Origin: Octopus sinensis
Lineage: Eukaryota
Direction: 5' to 3'
Length of the DNA stretch: 64,000 nt
Assembly (NCBI RefSeq): GCF_006345805.1
Contig: NC_042999.1
Coordinates: forward strand, 119,474,001-119,538,000
Positions 26,886 to 41,675 of this stretch are shown in pieces (within the stretch, counting starts at the first letter, position 1; each line of letters begins with the position of its first letter). A model generated the notes under the pieces. It had not been told where the DNA came from and ran no database searches. It saw only the letters and a program-made list of their open reading frames with translations. A program made the translations under genes and the position numbers.

Positions 26886-27290
26886 ATTAACTAAAAAAAA
26901 TTTGGTTGACCTAGGTTGTAGAAGACACTTGGTCAAGGTACCACACAGTGGGACTTAACCTAGTATCCTGTGGCTGATTAGCAAACTTCTAATTACACAG
27001 CCATGCTTGCAATTATATTTAAATAAATTCTTTTGTTCTTTTACATGTTTTAGTCATCTGCCTACGGCCATGCTGGAGCATTACTTTGAAGGGTTTTATT
27101 TGAACAAATTGACTACAGGACTTATTCTTTGTAAGCCTAGTACTTATTCTATCATTCATTTTTACTGAACTCCTAAGTTATGGGGACATAAACACACCAA
27201 CATCAGTTGTCAAGTGGTTTGTCAAGTGGTGATGGGGTGACAAACACAGACTCCAAGACAGACACACATACACACCACACACACACACAC

Positions 27291-27352
<62 letters not shown>

Positions 27353-27354
<2 letters not shown>

Positions 27355-28589
27355 GGGGCTGGACAAAATAATAGAAACACCTTAAAATTTCAAACAAATT
27401 TATTTTATCATGGGGTAGGACCACCTTTGGCAGTAATTACAGCTTGAATTCTATGAGGTATGGACTTGTAAAAAGTTTGAATTGTTTCCAAAGGAATTTT
27501 TGTCCATTCTTCAGCTAAAACAGTTTCCAGTTCTTGTAGTGATGATGGGGGAGAATATCGACTCCTTACTTGTTTTTCTAAAATGCACCATAAATGTTCA
27601 ATAATATTGAGATCTGGGGACTGTGGTGGCCAGATAAGATGTTCAGCTTCACTAGAATGTTCCTCGTGCCATTCAGTAACAACTTTAGCTGTGTGAATTA
27701 GTGCATTAAAATCCTGAAAGATTGCATTTCCTTCCAGAAACAGTTCTGCAATAATAGGATGAACTTGATCAGATAAAATGCTTAAATAGTCTTGACTATT
27801 AATTCTGCCATGAAGGGAAACCATCCAGCCAGTGGATATAGCCCCCAGTTCATCACGGATCCTCCTCCATGTTTAACAGTTGGAAGAAGGCAGTCTGGGT
27901 CAAATGCTTCTTTTGGCTGTCTCCACACGTATACTCGGCTGGTGGTCAGAAATAAGGTAAAGGATGGCACATCCAAGAAAATAACATTCTTCCACTGCTC
28001 TAGGGACTAATTCTGTAGGTTTTTGCTCCACTCTAAACACATTGCAACGTTTGTTTTTGAAAGCAGTAGTTTTCTGATTGCATCCCTCCTGTGAAATCTG
28101 GTTTTGTGCAGCTCCCAGCAAACAGTTTTTTGGAAACTGGATTCCTGGGGTGGTCATTAAGCTCTGCAGTAATTTTGGGAGTTGTACTTTTGTGATCCTT
28201 TCTAACAATTCGCTTAAGAGTCCAAGTTTTGGTTTTCTTCTGGAGTTTTGTTTCAACGAGGTTTTTTTCCTCTTTCTCAAAGGCTGTCATTGCTTTCAAG
28301 ACAGTACTTCTTGATACACCAAGCATTTTGGCTATTTTCATTACGCTAGCGCCTGCCATACGAGCACCAGCAATTTATCCTTGTTGAAAGTCCGATATAT
28401 CTGTCATTTTAATGAATTTTAATTACCTTTCTCTGGTGATATCTGAAAAACAAACTGCAATTTTAGCAAAACATATTAAGCAATGCTAATAATAACTCAA
28501 AAAACATAAAAATAAACAAGCTTTTGATGGTTTTGTAGATATTTCAAAATTATGATGCTAGGTGTTTCCATTATTTTGTCCAATACCTG
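27353..28589 (-). mobile_element. Tc1-family (DD34E) transposon, inactive, nested in a family B SINE
   Basis: 29-bp TIRs (CAGGGGCTGGACAAAATAATAGAAACACC / CAGGTATTGGACAAAATAATGGAAACACC), TA flanks at 27351-52 and 28590-91. Transposase relic 27408-28407 with LGVSRSTV, TVKHGGGSVMNWG, IFQDFNA and WPPQSPDLNIIEHLW. Confidence 0.93.
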
Positions 28590-29689
28590 TATGTATGTAT
28601 GTATGTATATATATATATATATATATATGGCAGGGTTCTTTCAGTTTCTATCTACCAAATCCACACACAAGATTTGGGCTGGTCGGAGGCTATAATAGAA
28701 GACACTTGCCAAAGGTGCCACACAGTGGGACTGAACCCAGAACCATGTGGTTGGGAAGCAAGCTTCTTACCACACAGCCACCAAAATTACATTTTGCCAA
28801 AAATTGGGGAAGAGTCTACATTTTATGGAGTATATATGTTTTATTATGTAAACTGAATTCCTTTCTACAAAATACATAATTTCATACAAAGTCAGTCAAC
28901 TGCTAAAGCACAGTTATTTGAAAAAAAAACCAGAAAATGTACTCAAGAAAACATAACAATAATTTCCATAAAATCAGATGAATTTTATAAATAAGAAATA
29001 CACTCAACAGATCAAATAAAAATTTCAAAAACAATTAATGATGCTTGACAAGTATGTCTATAAAAAGCAATGCAGAAACAAAAAATGAAAAACAAAATCA
29101 AGAAACCAATAAAATGGTGAAAATCTTCCAAAAAAAACATTTCCCAAATAAGCAAAAATAAAATGTCATAAAATCAAATTTGTAACAAACCAATGGGATA
29201 AACACTCACAGGCAAATTCCTAATAGAAACATTACCAGTAAATTTTGGATAAAATCAAGATGCATGAACAAAAGAACAAGTCCATACTGGTGGATTAAAA
29301 AAAGCTGGGTCCACCAAATAATACCAAATAACAGTGATTCTTGCCTGACAATCATTGTGACATGTAACTTGAGCTATGACAAAAGATTTAGAAACATACA
29401 TACATATGTACGTTTGTACATACAAGCATTCATAATCACAAAAACACACACACATCATTTGTCATTCATTTTATGTCCATTTTTCTATGCTGACATGGGT
29501 TGTATGGAAATGCAAAGAAATTTTGAATGATAAATGGTGTATGTTATATGGATGAGATGTTGGCTATTTTCTACTTAGGTCACAATTCAAAATAATGTAT
29601 TGAATGTATATATATATATAAATGGCCAGGAGAAAACATTGACTGTTAATTGACATGGGAAAAATATTTTGATTTTTAAGCATGTAATA

Positions 29690-30725
29690 TTGGGTTGGCA
29701 ACTAAGTTCCCGCCATTTTATTTTTAAATTTTGGAATCTATCTTTTTTGAGAATTCTATTTTTGAATCATTTTTGAATCTATTTTGTTTTTTTTCCGAGT
29801 TAATTTTTGTTTATTTTCAGATCATTAAAATGGAACGTCAAGTTAAGAAAAACGAGTCTTTTTGACACCTCCTTTTTGCTTTTAATTAAGTTTCTAAGGC
29901 CGCAAAAGCTGCTTGCAACATTTGTGCTGTATATGGAGAGAGTGCCCTGGCTGAAAGAATCACCCATGATTGGTATGCCAAGTTCAAAAATGTAAATTAT
30001 GACCTCAAAGGTGCACCTTGTTCTGGCCGTCCAGTTGAGTTCGATGAAGAGCGATTAAACCAGCCTTTGCACAAAAATTCTCATCAAACAATAAGGAACT
30101 GGCATAGAAAATGGAATGCTCCCACACTGCTATAGAGAAGCATCTTCACTCGATGGGAAAGTTTCAGAAGTATGGAGCATGGGTTCCGCATGCTTTAAGT
30201 GACAGCAACAAAAATCAACGAGCCACAATCTCCGCTGGTTTGCTTGCTTGTCACCGCTCAACTCATAGACACAAGCTACAATTTCTTTACTGAATCATTA
30301 CTGGCGATGAAAAATGGTGCCTGTACATCAATATGAAGCAGCATAAGGAATGGCTTAGCCCCAGTAAACAAGCAACACTGCATGTGAAACAAGATCTTCA
30401 TCCACGTAAAACGATGTTGTGCATATGGTGGGACTGGGAAGGGATTATCCATTACGAATTACTTGAATGGAACCAAATGGTCAACGCGGAACTCTATGTT
30501 CAACAGATAGATTGACCCAACATGGCTATTCAAGAGAAAAGAACTAATCGGCAGCATGGAGTTATTCTGCCGCATGACAACACCCATCCTCATGTTACCG
30601 ATATGACCAAGGAAACTATTCAAATACATGGCTGAGAAGTGCTGCCACACCTGCCGTACTCTCCTGATTTGGCACCAATGGATTTCAATCTCTTTCAAAT
30701 GCTATGCACAGAGTTTAGTTCAATA
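29690..30725 (+). mobile_element. Mariner (DD34D) relic, 3'-truncated
   Basis: TA + TTGGGTTGGCAACTAAGTTCCCGCC left TIR. Transposase from 29830 with WVPHAL, ITGDEKW, HPRKTMLCIWWD, HDN and PYSPDLAPMDF. No right TIR; runs into a (TCTA)/(TCTG) microsatellite. Confidence 0.88.
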
Positions 30726-30733
30726 CTGATGCA

Positions 30734-30930
<197 letters not shown>

Positions 30931-32147
30931 TGGCACGTTAAAAGCACCAACCGATCGTGGCCGATGCCAGACTCCCCTGGCACCTGTGCCGGTGGCACGT
31001 AAAAAGCACCCACTACACTTGCGGAGTGGTTGGCATTAGGAAGGGCATCCAGCTGTAGAAACACTGCCAGATCAGACGGGAGCCTGGTGCAGCCCCTGGC
31101 TTCCCAGACCCCGGTCGAACCATCCCACCCATGCTAGCATGGAAAACGGATGTTAAACAATGATGATGATATATATACATATATACATACACACATAATA
31201 ATAATAATAATAATACACACACACACACACATATATATAAAATACACTTTAACTGAAATAAAGTTTTCCCAATATTAAACATATACAAAGTATATTTATA
31301 GCAACTCACACACACAAACATACACACTTGTTTATACATACAATTCATCATACACTTAAACAACCACATACATACTCTCATGCACACAAATATTTTACCC
31401 AAACATACCCATAAACACTCCCAAACATTCACATACACACACACAATTTACCCGCACATAAAAATACAAGCAAAGCAGACCCAAGCAATCTTGGCTGAAT
31501 GGGTTGTGTCTTGTGTCTCTAAAGTGTAGAAAGTATGTTTTTTAAGGAGCATTTTTATGTAGATTTTTTTAAACTTCAAGGTGACCACTTTCGTGAAATG
31601 TCACTGTATAGGATGTGGCTTCCTTGAGCACTAGGCCCAACTGGGAACAATCAGTCCAATTAGCTTAAGGCCGGCCCTGAATACAAGGTAGCCATCTATC
31701 TCCTCTGTAGCAAAGACACTCATACATGTCTCTCTTCTTACTTTAGCCTTTTCACACTTGGCATAGAGCCATCCCTGTCTCTGCTACAAACCAACTCAGT
31801 TGAGAGTTTTGTTTTTGTATTACTAGTTACTAAGTACCCTCACTTGTGTAAATGTGACATAAAAGCAACTATAAGAAAGTTAACGTTATGAATAGCATCC
31901 AGAGCACATACTGGAGCTCAACATAGTCCACCAGTTGGATTCATTCAAACTGTCCTGCATATGTGAGCATGAAAAGCAGACATTTAATGATGATTGTGCT
32001 ATGAGTAGATTACAAATTTATTATTCTTTAACAAGAATAGTATTGACAGTCAATACTATTTTTGGTGAAGTATAACACATACATACATCCATACATACAT
32101 ACATACATACATACATACATACATACATACATACATACATACATACA

Positions 32148-32178
<31 letters not shown>

Positions 32179-33286
32179 TTCAACCAGACCATCAGATATT
32201 GTTATTCATCACTTCCTCATATCATAGCTTTTGAATGATACCACCTCACTGGCTACAGACATACATTCATACATACACACATGCATACATACATGCATAT
32301 ATACATACATGCACACATGCACACACATACATACACACACACACACTATGAATGATATAATGTGATATGGTATCATACAAGAACAAGGCACATAGTGAAA
32401 TGCAATTTTCAAGTTCCATTCATTTTATATTGTCACAGTAGGAGGAAAGAGAATTTAGATAATGGCAATATATTGCATTCATAAGAATAAGCATACATTG
32501 GTTAGAGCTAAATTTAGTCAAATTTACTGCATAACATTTTTGTTTTGAGTAGGTGTATGTTCATATTTTATGTTTCAGTATGAACTAGTCTCTACTCTGC
32601 AATTTGCACTTATACACATTCAAATACAGATAAATTATTATACCTCATACACATAGTTATTATACATTATAAATGAACATTTTCTAATACACGTAATCCA
32701 TATCTATTGACATTAATTCAAACTATAGGCAGGTATCAAGGTAAATCTGTATTTATTCTCACTGTTTGTTGAATCAATGCTGATTACTATCCTTCATTTA
32801 TCATTATAAGGACATTTAATGGAAGTTAACTTGTGTATGATTTATAAGATTACATTGTACAGGTCAAATATTAAGCTCACCCAATACTCGGTTTAAATGT
32901 TTAGCTTGTTTAGATGTAGCAAAAGTGAAATGGTCAAATAGATAAAGTATTGAGGTATGAGATATATAACTTGAGTTCAAACTCACTTTAGATGTTTCAT
33001 TATATCTATTTAAAGTTTTACACTGAATTCTGCATATTTCAGATATGTAGCAGATTATCAGGGAATCTTACCTTACTCGCAGTGGCATTCTAACCAATGG
33101 CAATCCACTTATTGTTAAGTAAGACATCAAAGATAACCAAAGATTAGGTGACCTTTGAGTTTTCAGACATGTTTACATTTTTGTTATTGAAAGGTTTCAA
33201 GCAGTATTAGTAATAACTTGATTCTGAGGACAGTGTTTAAAATAAGTGCAGTAACCCCTCTGTAGCTAAGTTGGGAAAGGAAAATA

Positions 33287-33854
33287 TTGGGTTGTTCGGA
33301 AAGTTTGTGCCGATTTTTAAAGGGAAGAAAAAGGTCAATAAATACTTGCCATTACATTTTTAATCAACCATATATGAGCCATTTTGTTGCACAATGCGTC
33401 TCCATCTTTCCTTTAACTTGAAAATACCATCTTCCCAGAATTGAGGTGGTTTCATGGTAAAGAATTCATCAAGGTATCTTTTTATGTTATCCAAGGAATT
33501 GAAATTTTTACCATTAAGACTATTCTGCAGAGACCTGAATAAATGGAAATCCGAAGGAGCAATATCTGGTGAGTGTGGAGGGTGCGGTAACACATCCCAG
33601 CTGAGCTGCAACAATTTTTGTCTGGTTCCCAAAGCATCAAGTGTCGAAATAGAACTTTCTTATCTTCTATTTTAAAGGGTTACAGAATTAACACAGGTTA
33701 TAGGAACATAAACCTTCTTCCACAAAAAAAGATAGCTTAAACTGTGCTCTAAATGGAGGTGTAGTCAAATCCTATTTTATGGACTCAAACATGTTCTAAA
33801 ATAAGTTGAAATGTAAGCTACTATAAATCGGCACGAACTTTCCAGACAACCCAA
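33287..33854 (-). mobile_element. Internally deleted non-autonomous mariner (568 bp)
   Basis: 30-bp TIRs (TTGGGTTGTTCGGAAAGTTTGTGCCGATTT / TTGGGTTGTCTGGAAAGTTCGTGCCGATTT), TA flanks. Retains only the transposase C-terminus (HPPHSPDIAPSDFHLFRSL...GIFKLKERW). Confidence 0.92.
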
Positions 33855-36800
33855 TATAACTTCTTCCTGTTATATGTTGAAGATATGTTAATGACGTTAT
33901 CCATGGTGTTATTTGTATTTCAGTTCTTTATTACGAATATAAAAAGTGGTAGTGGTAGTTAATTTTCCCTCTCATTTAATTATCATAGAAACCTCCACAC
34001 CATTTATCCCTATATCTTGTTTACAGCTTGAATAAACACATCTTAGTTACCAACTTTAAAAGAGGAAACTTTACTGTGGCCACCTGATTTGTTCACTATG
34101 TATGGTAGCCCAGATCTCCCATAAATTCTCTGCAATCTTCAAAATGAAAGTAACATGTGTTAACATAGCATACCAACAACAAAATAAGAAAGACCACAGT
34201 AAGCATTCTAATGAAACAATTCTTGGATGAGCTGCCTTTGTGGTGGGATTTCATTTGCTTTTCATTTTCACAGCTAGCTAATGTCTTATTCTACATTGTT
34301 ATTCCTTGAGGTATGTTGGACTAATTAATCTGCCACAGAGTTAATTTTAAATATAAGATTGTCTTTTTGTTGGCCTCAACACACAAGCAGCTAGTTACTT
34401 AGCAGAGTTATTTAATACATGCATCTACAGTAGTAACCCTGTTATTTCTAATTGAACACTTAATGATTTTGTAATGTACAAATAGTTTTATTTTGATTTA
34501 GCAGGAAATTTTCAAAATCAAATTAATCTTATTTCTTAGAAATACGCCTAATTTAGATAATCAGCAGATTTAATAGTTACTATTTTTTTTTTTAAATTTC
34601 CGACAAACATTAACTAATTATCTTTTACAAATGTTTATACAATATTCTAATTTCCATTTAATGGGAAATCATTGCTAATTCTTTGATGGCAGTGTCCAAG
34701 AAATTCAGCAGGTTAATTTCAAATTAAATGAAGCAAATTTGTTATCTTTGTTGAAACTGTGGAACCAGGTTCCATTCCAAATTTACTTCAAGACATATAT
34801 TTGTAAATTTGAGGCATTCAATTAATGAACCTGAATTTGTTTTCAAACCTTATCACTCATATTCTTTTGAATTTTTAGAGATAGATCACTGCATTTACTT
34901 TAGCTTATCAACTTTTAATAAATAGAGAAGGTTACGATAGATATCCAACCATTACAAAACTTGCTCCAACAATTCAGGAATATGACTAAATCTCCGGAAC
35001 TATTAAAACCATTCTGGCATTAGAAAAATGTGAAAGCATAAACATTGGAACCATACCAGAAGTCATTCACAGTTTCTACTGGAGGCATATAAATTTTACA
35101 TTATGCATTATGTTAATCATAAATGCTTTCAAAGTTTATCTATACTATATTGGGTTGGATTGTTTTCAAATTATCATATTTATCTATCATAGTTAGAGTA
35201 AATGCTTGATAAATGTATATCTGAAACTGCCTTAATGTCCACCATGTGACTGTAATGATAAAGTGGTGTGCATCATCAGCTGAAATAAACAATTTCATGA
35301 ACTTTGAATAGCCATGTTCCTGGCTTGATAACAACAGGAGGGGCTGTCAGGTTAAGATATAGGAATTCTGAGGATATGATCATGAGCTCACATCTTATAA
35401 CAAACAATATATTAAATACATATAAATTACTATAGTAAAAAATTAAGTGTGGATTAGGAATATATACTGGATATCTACCCTCTTCTTTGTATTTTACAAA
35501 TGGGGACAACTGTTTTTTTAAAATTTTTAGTATATTTGCTTCATTCTCAGTGCATGTTTGCATATAGTGAGAGATACATGAGTTTTAACTCTTCTTTCTA
35601 GTAAACAGGTGCATATTGTACCCTGATTTTTAATACATACATATAGATAGACAGACAGACAGATAGATAGATAAACCTATTTACCACCACAGTCCATATG
35701 ACTTATAATAGACCATTTTTACTTCAATGTAATCCTTGCTTACAAGGTTACTGATAATCAGATTTGAAGCCCTACATTCTGAAGTCAGGCTGATATGTTT
35801 ATATTGTTCTGACAATTATTGTAATATCATAACTAAGAATACATAGCAATATTAACCCTTCTTAGGGCTTACATTTCAACCTTAAAAGAAATTATCTGCT
35901 GCATGGGCTGCAGTCATTCCTCCAAACCATTCCCCCCATGACACTTCATCATTTGGTTTTGGCAGGAGCAGTACTTAATGTGATATCTAGTGTAATACAC
36001 TTTGACAGATGCCAATACATTGAACACTTACTATTTATTGATGAATGCTAATACATTGAATACAGAGTATTAATCCACTATCATTCCTTTCTCTCCTACA
36101 TCATTGTTTTTTTAACATCTGTTTCTTAAAGCTTGCATGGATTAGAAATATTTTCATGCATGTCAGTGTCATTCAACTAACAGATCATATTCGAATTATT
36201 TGTTTCCAGCATTTACTGACCTATATTTAGTGCCCAGTCCTTACACTTTTAACAAAAGCTCATACTTTTAACAAATGCTTCATATAGGGTACTTGCTGCA
36301 CACAGAAATAAGAATAAGTTTTTTTGCAGAAGTTCTAATAGCACCCTGATATTTCTTTGTGGCATACATTTTTGTTACAACCATCCTTAACACTTATCCT
36401 GCCAACTAATTTAAATTTATTATTTGCTAGATCTGTATGTCATTTCCAACAATTCCAAACATTAATAACTGTCCCTTAGGGTATTGTGCATCATGGAGTA
36501 CAGGTAATTTCCTGGCAAGTTGAGTCTTTGAACCAGAGTTAATTTTGACAAGTAGCCCTGTCACTTCATTTCATTTGATAGTACCCTTTCAGAATAAAAA
36601 TAGTAAAAAAAAAGCATGAACAAACTTATTTCCTCTCTCATAAATCTTAAGCATTTCTCACTGGTTCAAAGATTTTTCAAACTGAGTTTTACACATGTTA
36701 TCTAAATATTTATGGATGTTCTAAGTTCTGATACCTGTTAATAAGTTCTACACCCATTAAAGCAAGTTAATATATCTGAAGTCATGACGGTGGCGAGCTG

Positions 36801-37478
36801 GCAGAAACGTTAGCACGCCGGGTGAAATGCTTAGCGGTATTTCGTATGCCGTTACATTCTGAGTTCAAATTCGACTTTGCCTTTCATCCTTTCGGGGTCG
36901 ATAAATTAAGTACCAGTTACGTACTAGGGTCGATCTAATCGACTTAATCCGTTTGTCTGACCTTGTTTGCCCCTCTATGTTTAGCCCCTTGTGGGCAATA
37001 AAGAAATAAGAAATGTCCGCATGCCAGGCAAAATGCTTAGTGGTATTTCGTCTGTTTTTATGTTCTGAGTAAAAATTATGCTGAGGTCGACTTTGCCTTT
37101 CATCCTTTCGGGGTCGATAAATTAAGTACCAGTTGCATACTGTGATCGATCTAATCATCTGTCCCCCTGCCCCCAAAATTTCAGGCCTTGTACCTAGAGT
37201 AGAAAAGAATATATCTAAAGTCATGACCTACTTTTCTATCTTTTATTTGTTTCAGCCATTTGACTGTGGTCATGCTGGGGCACCACCTAGAATGCTTTTA
37301 CTTGAACAAATTGACCCAGGACTTATTTTTTTAAAGCCTAGTACTCATTCTGTTGGTCTCTTTTGACACACTGCTAAGTTACAGGGGTGTAAATACACAA
37401 ACACCAGTTGTCAAACTCTGGTGGGAGATAAACTCAGACTCAAAGACAAACACAGATATAAGTAGATATGTGTATATG

Positions 37479-37511
<33 letters not shown>

Positions 37512-37671
37512 ATATATATATATACACACACACACATGCAAACAAAATTAAGAGGAATGACCACTTAAGTGTCATTCCTCGTAATTTTTAATCTTCAAAT
37601 TTTCAAAATATGCTAAGCCACTGGTTTTAATTGATTACTATCAATTTCTACCTCATTATTTAATTTATATA

Positions 37672-37712
<41 letters not shown>

Positions 37713-37714
37713 GT

Positions 37715-38345
37715 GAATTTACAAAAAACTAAAGACGAAGACAGGTGTTTAAACAACAAACAGATGTATAAGTTTAATGCTTGGGAAATGAGAAAGTCTT
37801 TTATGTTTCAAGCCTATGCTCTTTGACAGAAAGGAACACAGAAATAAACAGGGCTAGAGGGGAGGTGGGTGGGAGGAAGTAGGTGTGAGAGGAAGAGAGA
37901 AGAAATGAGGATGGTTAGAGGAAGAGGGGAGGAGAGTTGAGCCCATGTGGCACAAAGGAAAAGACGGGAGTCTGGATGGCCCCTGTGGAAGGACAGTCCG
38001 AACACAGACAGGTGTTGTAAAGTGTGATCGGTAGAGCAGAAATGGTGAGAGACTGGAGTGTTGTTGCCGAGTCAGATGTCTCGGATGTGTTCCACGAACC
38101 GGTCAGCCAAGCAGCGTCCCGTTTAACTGATGTATAGAGGACAGAGAGAGCAGGAGATGCAGTAGATGATGTTGCTAGAAGTGCAAGGGAAGGAATCAGT
38201 GATATGATAGGATCGATGGTGGGTGCCTGTGAGGAGGGTGGTGTTGGAGAAGTAAGGGCAAGTATGACAGCATGAGCGGGAGCAGGGGAATGAACCAGGT
38301 TAGGAGGTTGGATTAAGGAAGAAGCTGTGGACCAAGAGGCCTTGT
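37715..38345 (-). mobile_element. Penelope-like element 3' fragment (GIY-YIG endonuclease and pseudo-LTR region)
   Basis: Minus strand reads FPCTSSNIIYCISCSLCPLYIS*TGRCLADRFVEHIRDI*LGNNTPVSHHF, the GIY-YIG pattern of PLEs. Confidence 0.8.
37798..37833 (-). ncRNA. Hammerhead-like motif with variant core, downstream of the PLE endonuclease
   Basis: Minus strand: CTTT-CTGTCAA-A-GAGC ATAG GCTT-GAAAC AT A-AAAG. Stem I CTTT/AAAG, stem II GAGC/GCTT. Undoing CpG-type transitions gives CTGTCGA-A...GAAACGTA. Confidence 0.4.
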
Positions 38346-40243
38346 GTATATATATATATATTTTTTTTCACACACACATACACACACAATGGGCTTCTTT
38401 TAGTTTCTGTCTACCAAATCCACTCACAAGGCTTTGGTCCGCCCAGGGCTATAGTAGAAGACACACACATACCAAAGGTGTTACACAGTGAAACTGAAAC
38501 CGGAACCATGAGTTTGGGAAGGAAGCTTCTTACCACACAGCCATGCCTATGTGTGTTTTTTCTTTTTTATTTCAGTTTCTATAAAATATTTTTTATGATG
38601 CAAGTGTAGCTAAACAGTCAAGTAGTTTGTTTTTCAGTCATAAAGCTCTAAATTAAATTCCACTAAGTGATATCAGCATCTTAGTCAAGTGTCTTTAATT
38701 ATACGCCTAGATTGATAAACCCCTTCTAAGTAAAATTAAATTAGAGAGACAGGAACTGTCTGGAAGCTTGTCAGTTGGATTTTACTTTTATTTCATAGGT
38801 TTGGCCTTGTCACAAATCATATTATATTAATTCAACTTGAGAATTATCTTAAGAGTACGCATAGCTGTGGAATACTCAACCATTTATTAATTAATTTAAT
38901 GAGTAGGCAGTTCAGTTAATCAAAGAATTGAATGCCCATCATTGAAACCAATTAAGGATTGATCATCAGCTTGAAGTCGTTAGTTTTTCTTGTCTGCATG
39001 ATGAGATAAGTTGTATTCAGTTTAATCCCCAGCAAAGGTTGGTCATATGACTAATTAAAAGAAATCAATGTATCTTTCAACCAGGAGCATACCAGTAGCA
39101 GAAACAATAAGCAATAGATAAAATGTTGTCTTGCAATATTTAGCTTTATCTCATTAGAGTCTAAGCTTGAAACCTGTTAAGGTTGATTTTGCATTTTATC
39201 TTTCTGGAAGTTGATCAAATAAGTGGTTAATGGTGAAAAGGAAAGGTAGATGGCAGTGAAAAGGAATGCAGTAGGCCACTAAATATAGGAGGAAGGAAAC
39301 CCAGTTTGAGACAGTACAAGTTCATGTAGTGGTCTCTGTGGCTAAGCAATATGTTCATCCAAAGGTTCAGAGTTCAATTTCCACTCAAGATGGTATTTAA
39401 ATAAAAGCAGAAGAATACCTAGGAGCCAGTACTTAGATAGAGCCAGTTCCTTAAGAGTGTCAGGAACTAATGGGCCAAAACATTTGTTTGATGAGAGGTC
39501 TTCTTTTGAAGATTTCTTCTGATGTTCACTCACTCACCCCATAGTGAGTTTCCACTCACAGTGATATCAACTAAGTGAATAAGATACTTCGTCTAACATC
39601 ATAAAAAAAATTATGTGCTTTGTCAAGCATAATTAATATTTCTCTTTCACTTGTACAGACAGAGAACATTAACGTTGTAAAATATCACATTTGCTAATCA
39701 GCTAGTGGGTAACACATTGCAGCCAAGTTTTCTTCGCATGAATATATTCTGATCTGGGGATACATAATGATTATAAATTTGTCATTGTGTAGCCTCATGA
39801 CAGTTTTAGCCCTTTAGCATTTAAACTGGTCATATCCATCCACAGTGTGAATAAATAAGCATTATACTTGTCAGAATAATTTGAATGCTAATTCTAATTC
39901 AAAAAAGGCAGCGAGCTGGCAGAAACGTAAGCACATCGGACGAAATGCTTAGCAGCATTTTGTCTACCGTTACGTTCTGAGTTCAAATTCCGCTTATGTC
40001 AACTTTGCCTTTCATCCTTTCAGGGTTGATAAATTAAGTACCAGTTATGTACTGGGGTAGATGTAATCGACTTAATCCCTTTGTCCTTGTTTGTCCCATC
40101 TTTGTTTAGCCCCTTGTGGGCAATAAAAAAAAGAATAATTTGAATGCTAAATGGTTAATCAAGAAGACTTATTTTGGCAGTAGGTAGTCAGACTAACAAC
40201 TAACTCACAAACACACACACACACACTCACACACACACACACA

Positions 40244-40298
<55 letters not shown>

Positions 40299-41524
40299 TT
40301 GTGCATGAGAGTACAAATTTGTCTAATTCCATATCTATATCTTTGTTTATGCTCACACCACTTAAAACTGGTTTTGTTGTTCATGTCCTTCAATCTAGTA
40401 ATTCAACAAACAGATATCAATAAAATAAGTTAAAAGCACTTGGGTTGATATGATCGGTTTGATCAGTTAAACCTTTGAAGGAGACACCCCAGCATAGCCA
40501 CAGTCCAATTATTCCAATCATTAAAAGAATTAAGGAAAATAAGCCATATCCTTATATATTTTGCTTTGCTGTGAAATTGTGGCCCACAGCTTTTTGGTTT
40601 CTTTTTCACAGCTATGAGTGAGTTTTGAACAAATTTCTTTTATCTATTATAAGCGTTCACTTAATTGTCTATTTTATTTTTTCTGTGTACAGGTATCTTA
40701 TAACTACATCATACAATGTCCTAGTGTCCTAGTGTCCTTATTTTAGATGGCAAGGAGTAATCTGAGTTTAATCTGAGCAGTTTGGCAGCTATTTCTAGTA
40801 AGTGAAAAGTTCATGTAGAAGCATCCTCTTTGATTTGTGTTAAATTGCTGCAGTCAATTAGCTTCAGGTAAGCTCTAGTCAAGCAGATACATGTTCAAAA
40901 GCATTCCATCCATGACCATCTCACCTCTTTCATATGTAGGTAATCCAGAACCACATTACCCAATATAGTCATATTTTTTAAGCTGGTAAGTTGTAACTTG
41001 AATGAGAATTGGTTGCTATTTATAGCAAGCCACGTGACTATGTAGATGTGATTTTATTGGCTTGTGTGAGGTGACTGTGTTTAAGCTTGCTGTCTGAATT
41101 CAATGCAAGACTATGAATGTGAGGAGAGAGTTACCAGTGGCTGCCTTTGTTATCTTTTGTATGATTCTGTTTATTTATGTGCAATAGGTAGCCATAGTGT
41201 TGCTTACCTCATGTGATTGTTTCATCTCAGCAATTCTACATCTTACACTTTCGCTTCAGTTTTGGTCCCCTCATACAATAACAATACGTTGAGAAGACAA
41301 ATATCAAAATGAAATAATTTTATATTGAATAATTGCAAAGATTAAGGAGGATCCAAAGAAGAGTAGAACCCAACAAAATATAGCTTGTTTTGGTTTAGTG
41401 TATGCTCCAGGATAAAATAAAAATACAATTAAAAAGTGCCCAAAATTTTGTGGATTATTACCAACACTTAAAGAGTATGAAAACTAATATAGTGGTAGTG
41501 TGAGGGAGAGGGGCAGCAGTGACA

Positions 41525-41675
41525 GAACATCCTCCTCCTCTCCTTCCCCTCTCTTTTAACCCATTCCTCTTCTCCTCCCCCATTCCCCTCCCCTCTCCCC
41601 CCCCCTTTCCCTCCCCCTCTTTTTACCATCCTCTCTCCATCTTACCCTCCTCTCTTCCCCTTTACCCTCCTGTTT
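41525..41675. repeat. Polypyrimidine (C/T) tract
   Basis: Almost purine-free for about 150 bp. Confidence 0.85.
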
